A DNA stretch of 64,000 bases from the NCBI RefSeq assembly GCF_046119375.1, contig NW_027362767.1, positions 415,214,001 through 415,278,000 of the forward strand, written 5' to 3'. Position 1 is the stretch's first letter. Each line of letters begins with the position of its first letter. This DNA comes from Phyllobates terribilis. Its lineage: Eukaryota. The position numbers and the translations under genes were made by a program. Shown in pieces: positions 54,540 to 64,000 of the stretch. Below the pieces are notes generated by a model, which was given only the letters and a program-made list of their open reading frames with translations, was not told the DNA's origin and did no database searches.

Positions 54540-56376
54540 TATATGCTGCCTCCCCCCCTCAATCCATGTATATATGCTGCCTCCCCCCACCAATCTATGT
54601 GTATATGCTGCCTCTCCCCCACAAATCCATGTATATATGCTGCCTCCCCCCACCAATCTATGTGTATATGCTGCCTCCCCCCCCCAATCTATGTATATAT
54701 GCTTCCTTCCCCCCTCAATCCATGTATATATGCTGCCTTCCGCCCCCAATCCATGTGTATATGCTGCCACCCCTCAATTCATGTGTATATGCTGCCTCCC
54801 CAATCCATGTATATATGCTGCCCTCCCCCAATCCATGTATATATGCTGCCCTCCTCCAATCCATGTGTATATGCTGCCTTCCGCCCCCCCCAATCCATGT
54901 GTATGTGATGCCTTCCCCCCTCAATCCATGTATATATGCTGCCTTCCACCCCATTCCATGTATAAATGCTGCCTTCCCCCAATCTATGTATATATGCTGC
55001 CCTCCCCATCAATCCATGTATATATGCTTCCTTACCCCCTCAATCCATGTATATATGTTGCCTTCCCTCCCTCAATCCATGTATATATACTGCCCCCCCA
55101 ATCCATGTATATATGCAGCCTGCCCCTCCAATCGATGTATATATGCTGCCCTCCTCAATCCATGTATATATGCTGCTTTCCCCCCAATCCATGTATATAT
55201 GCTGCCTTTCCTCCCCTTAATCCATGTATATATGCTGACTTCCCCCCACCAATCCATGTATATATGCTGCCTTCTGCCCCCCCAGTCCATGAATATATGC
55301 TGCCTTCCGCCCCCCATCCATGTATATATGCTGCCTTCCGCCCCCCCATCCATGTATATATGCTGCCTCCCCCCCAGTCCATGTATAGGTGCTGCCTCCC
55401 CCCCAATCCATGTATATATACTGCCTTCTGCCGCCCCCAGTCTATGTATATATGCTGCCTCCCCCCCAATCCAAGTGTATATGCTGCCTTCCGCCCCCAC
55501 CAGTCCATGTATATATGCTGCCTTCCGCCCCCCCATCCATGTATATATGCTGCCTCCCCCCAGTCCATGTATAGGTGCTGCCTCCCCCCCAATCCATGTA
55601 TATATACTGCCTTCCGCCCGCCCCCAGTCCATGTATATATGCTGCCTCCCCCCCAATCCATGTATATATGCTGCCTTCTACCCCCACCAGTCCATGTATA
55701 TATGCTGCCTTCCGCCCCCCCATCCATGTATATATGCTGCCTCCCCCCCAGTCCATGTATATGTGCTGCTTCCCCGCAATCCATGTATGTATGCTGCCTT
55801 GCCCCCCTCAATCCATGTATATATGCTGCCTTCCACCCCCAATCCATGTATATATGCTGCCTTTCCCCCCTCAATCCATGTATATATGCTGCCTCCCCCA
55901 ATCCATGTACATATGCTGCCTTCCGCCCCCCCCAATCCATGTATATATGCTGCCCCCCCAATCCATGTATATATGCTGCCCCCCTCAATTCATGTGTATA
56001 TACTGCCTTTCTCCCTCAATCCATGTATATATGCTGCCTCCCCCCCAATCCATGTATATATGCTGCCCTCCCCAATCCATGTATATATGCTGCCTCCCCC
56101 CCAATCCATGTATATATGCTTCCCTCCACAATCCTTGTATATATGCTGCCTCCCCCCCAATCCATGTATATATGCTGCCCTCCCCAATCCATGTATATAT
56201 GCTGCCTTCCCCCCAATCCATGGATATATGCTGCCTTCCCCCCCAATCCATGTATATATGCTGACTTCCACCTCCCCCAATCCATGTATATATGCTGCCC
56301 TCCTCCAATCCATGTATATATGCTGCCTCCCCCCCAGTCCATGTATATGTGCTGCCTCCCCCAATCCATGTATATG
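54540..56376. repeat. About 1.8-kb minisatellite with 25-30-bp units
   Basis: Unit ccaatccatgtatatatgctgcctccc with variable C-tracts. Confidence 0.95.
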
Positions 56377-58520
56377 TGTCACCCAGGGGGATATAGGAGA
56401 CTCGGTACCCGGGCCCTTTTCCTTGTTTAGGAGGTCACGGCAGTCGGCTCCCGGGCCCGTACTCTCGGTCTCTCTTTAAAAAGGGGTTTTAGTGTATAGT
56501 TTGTCTCGTGACGCCACCTGTGGTTTCCGTTAATGGTTACCGGCGCTGCTGCAGACCTCCGGGGGGTGATGGGATGGCAGCTGGGATGTTTCTGCTCCCC
56601 ACAGGCGGAGCGGGCCCCCGGGGCAGTGTAGGTGCAAATGGTGGTGATGCTGGGGCTTGCAGTGCAGGAGAGATGGCGCAGCAGGAGTAACTGACAGAGA
56701 CAGGGGATTCACTTCAGTACCTTTACTGGTGCGGATGTCAGGTACGGTCCAGGGTACTCAGTAGGAAGGGTGCACTTCAGGACTTCTCCCCAGTGAGCGG
56801 GTATAAGGCCTCCTGGTTTCTTGAGACTGTTGCGGTTGTCTTACCTCCATCCTTACTAATCAGGCAGGTTTTACTGTTGTCAAATCTGGAGTTTAGCACA
56901 GTGTAGGGCTCTCTTTCCCACTGGTCATCGAGCTTGTGACCTCTTCTTTTCCGCTTTAGCACTATCTCTCCAGGTGCCAAGGGTTCTGCTGGTGCATGTT
57001 TTTTATACTGCTTTACCTGTCTTTCCCTCAACTTGTTTAGTCTGTCTTCGACACAGGCCTGTACCTTCCTGTACTGCTCTTGCCGACTTGTGTCCCAATC
57101 TTCAGTGGACGTACCTGCAGCAGGTTCTACCACTCCGTGCTCCAGGTCCATGGGCAATTTTCCAGGTCTTGCTCTCATGAGGTACGCTGGGGTACAGTTT
57201 GTAGAACTCATGGGTATGTGGTTATACAGGTCCACTAGGTCAGGTAGCTTTTCTGGCCACTGGTTCCTTTCTTCCAAGGGTAGGGTTTTCAACAGGTCTA
57301 TAACGATGTTGTTCATTTTCTCGCACATGCCGTTGGTTTGCGGATGATATGGCGTTGTTCGGATCTTCTTGCATCCATACAGGTGGCAGAATTCCTTGAA
57401 TAGCTCAGCTTTGAAAGCAGGACCTTGATCTGTGAGCACCTTTTCCGGATATCCATGGGGCCTGCAGAAGTAGACTTGGAACGTTCTTGCCGCAGTTTCT
57501 GCTGTCAGGTCCTTGACAGGGGCTACCACCAGGAACCGGGAATAGTGATCCACCATGGTCAGGGCATAGGAGTAGCCTGATCTGCTGGGTGACAGTTTGA
57601 CGTGATCTAGAGCGACAATCTCCAGGGGTTGGGTTGTTTTGATGGACTGCAAGGGTGTTTTCTGGCTGCCGTAGTCTTTTCTTCTAAGGCTACAGGGCCC
57701 ACAATTCCGGCACCACCTCTCTATGGAACTCCGCATTCCAACCCAATAGAATCGGTCCTTCAACAAGGTTTCCAGCTTCTTCCAGCCAAAGTGACCTGCT
57801 TGGTCGTGGTAGGCCTCTAACACCATCTGGATATCCATCCTTGGTACAACAATCTGCCTCACCAATACATGGTCTTGGGATTGACATACCTTCTGCACAG
57901 CTTCTCTCTGTAGATGAACAGCTGGCTTCTCTCATTCCACAGGTTTTTAACTTGTGGGGGAGCATCCTTCTCCAGGTGAGAACCTTCTTGGGTTATCAGT
58001 CTTTTGATGAGGCTGACAACCGGGTCACTGTCCTGGGTCTCCTTCCAGCTGTGATGAGGTAGAGGGTTTGGCGTCCTACCATGACATCTTCTGGAGGCGT
58101 GTTGCTCGTGGACCACTCCGCTTCTGTGGAAGGCAGGTAATTCAACTTCTTCTAGGTTATCCACTTCATCCTCGGTGTCTGACTGGTGGGGCATCCTTGA
58201 CAGGACATCGGCATTGGTGTTCTTGTGACCTGCCTGGTACTTGATTGTGAATTGATAATTCGACAACCTAGCCACCCAACGCTGTTCCATGGCTCCCAAC
58301 CTGGCTGTCTCCAGGTGTGTCAAGCGATTATTGTCGGTAAAGGCTGTGAATTTAGTTGAGGCTAGGTAATGCTTGAATCTTTCGGTGATAGCCCAGACCA
58401 AGGCCAGGAACTCCAGCTTGAAGGAACTGTAATTCTCAGGGTTCCTCTCAGTAGGGCGAAGCTTCCTACTGGCATACGCAATTACCTTTTCTCTGCCATT
58501 TTGCTTCTGGTACAACACAG

Positions 58521-61068
58521 TGTTAGAACCCTCCTGTTAGTTTTTTCTATCTTGTGTTTTGCGGTCACGTGACCATCTGCCTATATATTCCAGCTCCGCC
58601 CTTCTGGCTTTGCTGCACTTCAGTGTTGTTTGACTGTTTTGCTAGCCTGGTGCTTCGGTGCCTATCTCTGTCAGTTTGCTTGGTCCTCTGGGACCTCTAG
58701 TACGTTTTGTAAGTTTGTCTTCTTCTACAACAATTTCTGTTTAGGAGGTGTCCCATTTTTGTCCCAGTCCTTAGTTCTTTTAGGGACCCCTCCCTTTATT
58801 CTATAGGTCTTCGTTCAGACTAGCCAAGGACGAAGGCGGGTCTGTTCACTAGGAACAGGCAGCCCGCTACATCGTAGGGATTCAGATTAGTCTTACTGTA
58901 GGGACAGCTTTCCCCTATCTTTCCTTAGTACTTGTTGCAGATCAAAACAGTAAGTCCAGCCCAAAAAACTTAAGGGAAGAAATTCGGGGATCAGTATGGT
59001 TTCCGTCCAGGATTTGGTTCAATGCCTGCAGGGATTGTCTCTGGAGGTGGCCGAGCTTCAGCAACACGTGAGTGACGCGCCCAGGGGATGGGGACGACTC
59101 GGCGCCCAGGCCTTGTTGTTGGTTTTGGGGGATGCCACGGTGGCCGGTTCCCGGGCCGTACCCTGGGGTCACTCTTAAAAAGGGAAGGAATGATGGGGGA
59201 AAGGTGTATGGGATAGGGAAAGTCCGTAACTCCACCTGTGGTGTCTGGTGAGGATCACCAGCGCTGCTAAAGTCCTCTGAGGCCGGTGGTCAGGCAGCTT
59301 AGTTGGTGCGACTCCCAACAGGTGGAGTGGGGCCTCAGGGCAGCGTAGAAGGGATGCAGGACAGAGGGGACCCAGCCGGGTCAGAGGAAGAATAGGCACA
59401 CTCACAACAGTTCACTTCACTACCTTTACTGGTGGTGTTTCAGGCACGATCCAGGCCACTGTAGGGTGAAGGTGCATATCGGGACTCTCCCCAGTGAGCG
59501 GGTGTGGGGCCTCCTGTTTCTTGCCTTTTCCTGATAAGTTTATGACCTGCCTGAAGCTAGGCCTAACTTGGTCTCTGTCTTGCATCGGCTGACCTGGTGG
59601 TAGGGCCTTCTGTTGGAGATCACACTCCCTGGTCTCTTGGGCCTCAGTGACTCCTGACCCTGGTATGACAGTCAGCTTTTGGTGTTCCTGGGACATATAG
59701 TTCACCAGGGGTTCCGGTAGTTTCTGCTGGTCGTAGAGATCCCTGCAGACACGAACCCGGTGTCCGTTATATGAACTTGGGGTGAGCTGGCTAAGCTCCT
59801 CTGCCCCCTATGTAGCTCGCTTACTCAACTTGCCTTTGGCCGTGCTCGGGGCCCTCACTAGGCTTCACACTGGCAGTAGGCCTCGCTACTCTTCACCACT
59901 CTTACGGCGTCGGCACGCCTTGGGCTCACTAACTGAGCTCTCTGAGTCTGTACTGACCTGAATACCTCTCTGGCTGCAGCAGACTGTAGACTGCATACTC
60001 CAGGCTGTAGATTCCAGACTAGACTCTCACCCAGACTGAACTGCCTAGCTCCACCTTCCCTTTTTATATCCCTATCCGGGCTCCCTCTGGTGGTCTGAGG
60101 TGGAAGGTGGAGGTGTGTGAATGCTAAGAGGGCCTCTTGTGGAGGAATCCGTCCATGCACCCCTCTAGGATCTGTAGCACCAATGCGCAGCAGGGCGCCA
60201 CATGAGTAGATGTCCTGGAGCGCATTTTGTCGAACCCAAGGTAGGACTGCCTGATGTTTTTTATGGTAAACAGCAAGATTTTTTTTCCTTTAAAAATGCT
60301 TGTTTGTTATATTTTCGTTTGAGACCAAGATCCTCTGGGAATGAATCACAGCGCATTGGTTTTATTATGTCACTTTTGCGCAAAGAACCACAGGGTTGGG
60401 CCTTTTCTCTCCAGCCTAATGATCCGTGTTTAAGTTCTGTGGAAGAATTTTTTTCTGCTATGGGGCTACTATATGACGATCCTGATCGAATCTCATCTGC
60501 TGAATCAGAACTTAGACGTTTGAATCAGGGGTCATATGATGTCTCTGCTCCTAGGCTTGTTAAAGCTTTCCACAGGAGGTTTCCGGATAGGCCAGGGCCT
60601 GGAGGATCCGGAGGATCCTCATAAAAGAGGGGTACTGTTAGAACCCTCCTGTTAGTTTTTTCTATCTTGTGTTTTGCGGTCACGTGACCATCTGCCTATA
60701 TATTCCAGCTCCGCCCTTCTGGCTTTGCTGGACTTCAGTGTTGTTTGACTCTTTTGCTAGCCTGGTGCTTCGGTGCCTATCTCTGTCAGTTTGCTTGGTC
60801 CTCTGGGACCTCTAGTACTTTTTGTCACTTTGTCTTTTGTGTTCTACAACAATTTCTGTTTAGGAGGTGTCCCATTTTTGTCCCAGTCCTTAGTTCTTTC
60901 AGGGACCCCTCCCTTTATTCTATAGGTCTTCGTTCAGACTAGCCGAGGACGAAGGCTGGTCTGTTCACTAGGAACAGGCAGTCCGCTACATCGTAGGGAT
61001 TCAGCTTAGTCTTACTGTAGGGACAGCTTTCCCCTATCTTTCCTTAGTACTTGTTGCAGATCATAACA
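58521..61068 (+). mobile_element. Sushi-type chromovirus deletion derivative nested in the Gypsy RNase H region
   Basis: LTRs 58521-58949 and 60636-61068, with 5-bp TSD CACAG. Gag MVSVQDLVQCLQGLSLEVAEL...EPKVGLPDVFYG is fused to the integrase/chromodomain tail APRLVKAFHRRFPDRP. PPT aaagaggggtac. Confidence 0.88.
59073..60202 (-). mobile_element. Solo LTR nested in the chromovirus gag
   Basis: tgacgcgccc...gggcgccaca with 4-bp TSD TGAG (59069-59072 and 60203-60206). The gag frame rejoins across the insertion. Confidence 0.88.
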
Positions 61069-63335
61069 CACAGCTCCCAGTTCTCGTTGCTGGCGTCGGT
61101 GTACAACAGGAAAGGCTGGCTGTAGTCAGGGTAAGCCAGGATTTCTTCACCGGTTAGGACTTCCTTCTTTGATGCAAAAGACTCAGTCTGCTCTTTGCCC
61201 CACTGGAATGGGGGACTTTTTCCTCTTTTGGACTGTCCTACCAGGAGATCTTGTAGTGGTGCTACCTTTTTGGTATAGTCCTTTATGACTCCTGTAGTAC
61301 CCGACCAGTCCCAGGAATTGCCGTACTTCTTTGATGTTTCTCAGTTCAGGCCACTTCTGGATGGCAGTGACCTTCTCCGGGTCTGGTGCTACTCCCTCTG
61401 AGCTGACTACGTGTTCCAGGTACTGAACATTCTGTTTGAGCAGGTGGTACTTGGAAGGTTTTAGTTTCATCCCATACCGGGACAATGCTTCAAATACCTT
61501 CGCCAGGTGCTTCAGATGGTCTTTATACGTCCTTGAGTACACGATAATGTCATCCAGGTACAGCAGCACTGTCTCAAAGTTCCGGTGTCCCAAGCAACAC
61601 TCCATCAACCTCTGGAACGATCCGGGTGCGTTGCAGAGTCCAAACGGCATGCTGTTGAATTCGCACAGTCCCATCGGGGTGGTGAAGGCTGTCTTCTCCC
61701 GGTCTTCCTCAGCAACAGAGACTTGCCAGTACCCGCTAGTGAGATCCAATGTAGAGAAGTAATTGGCAGATTTTAGTGCAGCCAGGGATTCCTCTATACG
61801 GGGCAAAGGGTATGCATCTTGATGTGTTATTCGATTAATTTGTCTATAATCTACACACATCCTCATGCTACAGTCCTTCTTTCTGACCAGGACCAGGGGA
61901 GCTGCCCAGGGAATACAGCTATCCCTTACGACCCCTGCCTTTTTTATGTCATGCAACATTTCCTTGGCTTTTTGGTAATGTGCTGGTGGTATGGGTCTGT
62001 AACGCTCTTTAATGGGTGGATGGTTACCGGTGGGTATGTGGTGTTGTACCCCTTTAACCCTTCCAAAATCAAGTGGGTGCTTACTAAACACTTGTTCATA
62101 TTCCTGAACCACTCTGTAAACATCGTGTTTCTGATGGACAGGAGTGGCGTCAGTCCCAACATGGAGCTGTTGACACCAATCCTCCAGCTGAGCTTCGGAG
62201 TCATTGTCCTCCACTGTATCTGGTGGGGTCAAGGATACCACTGTGTGTATGGCATCATTATTCACAGTTTACAATCTGGCAACAGTGGCGTATCTTGGCA
62301 ATTTGACTTCCTCCTCCCCACAATTTAGGAGACGTACAGGTACCCTCCCATTGCGTACATCAACTACCCCTCTAGCAGTTAGGAGTGTAGGTCTGTGCTC
62401 TGAGCTAATAGGCTCCACTACCGCCTGGTAGTTCTGTCCCTTGAGACCTATTGCTGCCCTACACCAAATCAGCATTTCACTCATTGGGGGAATCACAATG
62501 GGTATCGGGTCTGTCACCCGTACATTACCAATCTCACCACCTGTTAGCTTTACCTGTTGCTGGTACAGGAGGGCTCGAATTTCTTTCTAGAGCACCTTCC
62601 TCTGCCCTGGTTTGGCAGTGTCAGCAATCTGTTGAAGTAAAAACAACACTTCTCCCAGTTACCAACAATATTTGTACCAAGTATCATATACGGATTGGTA
62701 TCACCAGGGTTAGATTCTATAACAATTAGTCCTTGGTCCTTTAGTTCCACTCTCTCCACCTTCACTGTCACGTCTTTAACCCCTACTAGGTTAAGAGGAA
62801 GGCCGTTAGAGGCATACACAGAGAGGTTCGGGTGGAGTTCATCTATGGACCAGTACCTTTTGTAGAGGATATCAGGTATGATGGTTACCTGTGAGCCGGT
62901 GTCCAGTAATGCAGGTGTTGCTATGCCGTCCAGCACGATGGACAGGAAAGGTCTTCCTCCTACAAACCGGTCGTGCCAGCTTGATGGGCCTGGTTGATTT
63001 ACTCCTGGGTGTCGACCCCTTGGCCCCAGGGTTTGCCCGTTTAAAGGACAGTTCCGCACGGTATTGCCGGCCTTGTGGCAACGGTAGCAGATGAATTCTC
63101 CTGGAGGGCGACGTTTGTCGTTGATCCACCCACGGGGTGGTGTTGTCCTCCTACGGGGTGGCGTTGTCCTCTTTCTTCTCCTCATCCAGGGGACATCCTC
63201 AGGACTGTCGGCGAGTAGGATCCTTCCTTCCGGCTCAGGCTCCGTCTGTAGCTGCAGGGTGCTCAGGACAGTGGCCAGGGTTTTACTTAGCTGATGCACT
63301 TCAGAGCGCAGGCTGTCCAGCTCACTAGGGGGCAC

Positions 63336-64000
63336 TGTGACGCCCAGCTGCGCTTGGTATCACAGATCCTAGAAGGGTGTATTGATGGATTCCTCCACAA
63401 GAGGCCCCTATAGCCATTCACACATCTCCACCTTCCACCTCAGACCACCAGAGGGAGCCCGTTAGGGATAGATAAATAGGGAAGGTGGAGCCAGGCAGCG
63501 GTCAGAGTCTAGTTAGAGTCAGAGTCTGGTGTAGCAGTGAGTCCAGTGCAGTCTGAGAAGAGTTACCCCAGAGGACAAAAGCCTGTTCCAGCTCCTGCAA
63601 TTGCTATCCTGCAGTGGAGCTTATTCAGATCAAGACTCCGGGTAGCTCAGAGAGGTGAGCTTTAGGTGTGCCGGCGCCATAAGATCGGTGAAGCGCGGCA
63701 AGCTGCCATTAGTGTGAGTAGCCTAGTGAGGGCCCGAGTAGGCCGAAGGCGAGTGGAGAGTAAGTACATAGGGGGCAGAGGAGCTTAACTAGCTCACCCC
63801 GAAGAATTTACCGGACACCGGGTCCGAAGCTTACCGGGATCTCTATGACCCAGTAAGATATAACCGGAATCCCTGGAGAACTACAAGTCCCAGGATCGCT
63901 AAAGTGCTGATACGTAACAGAGCCGGGAGACACATAGGCCCCGCAAGCTGAGGAGCGTGTACTCCAAGAGAAGGCCCTACCACAAGGTCAGCCAGCGCAG
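63336..64000 (+). mobile_element. LTR of the 59073-60202 family inserted into the Gypsy gag, truncated by the window end
   Basis: tgtgacgcccagctgcgcttggtatcacagatcctagaaggg matches the reverse complement of 60160-60202. Confidence 0.8.

Larger units (their letters stand above)
56377..63335 (-). mobile_element. Degenerate autonomous-type Ty3/Gypsy element (gag-pro-RT-RH-IN), continuing beyond the window
   Basis: Zn knuckle CYRCHKAGNTVRNC and protease LLDTGSQVT (62550-63335). RT YLDDII (61183-62265). RNase H IAYASR...FKLEFLALVWA (57859-58518). Integrase HxxxxH...CxxC, LDHV, TDQG and CE (56777-57898). Partial 3' LTR at 56377-56815. Confidence 0.92.

Noticed and set aside
54409-56479. 673-aa and 637-aa ORFs and their antisense ORFs
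   Set aside because: They are translations of a stop-poor minisatellite (repeated SMYICCLPP / IHVYMLP) with no domain.

Overview
Vertebrate genomic DNA, most likely a frog (inferred from typical anuran satellites, TTAA-type MITEs and Tc1 families), from the MHC class III region. I rebuilt five spliced genes by hand, with consistent exon phases. (1) The last three coding exons of clic1 (+). (2) A 3-exon GPI-anchored Ly6/uPAR gene (-). (3) An intact 6-exon, divergent CCN-family gene (-), head-to-head with ddah2 in the same arrangement as mammalian CCN1/DDAH1. (4) ddah2 (+), which has Ala at the DDAH1 catalytic Cys position and a GC-AG intron. (5) A 6-exon Ig-TM-ITIM/ITSM receptor matching mpig6b/G6b-B (-). 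The last 21 kb (43.4-64 kb) is a stack of nested LTR retroelements. The most unusual is a TSD-flanked LTR element (43832-53360) with a tRNA-Ser PBS and a PPT but no gag or pol. Its only long ORF encodes a coiled-coil / Pro-rich / cold-shock-domain (Y-box-like) protein. Three diverged copies of this ORF are present, and the two comparable ones differ mostly at synonymous sites. Also present are a degenerate Gypsy gag-pol, a self-priming Sushi-type chromovirus derivative, Tc1 and DD41D transposons, and many minisatellites that produce spurious long ORFs.
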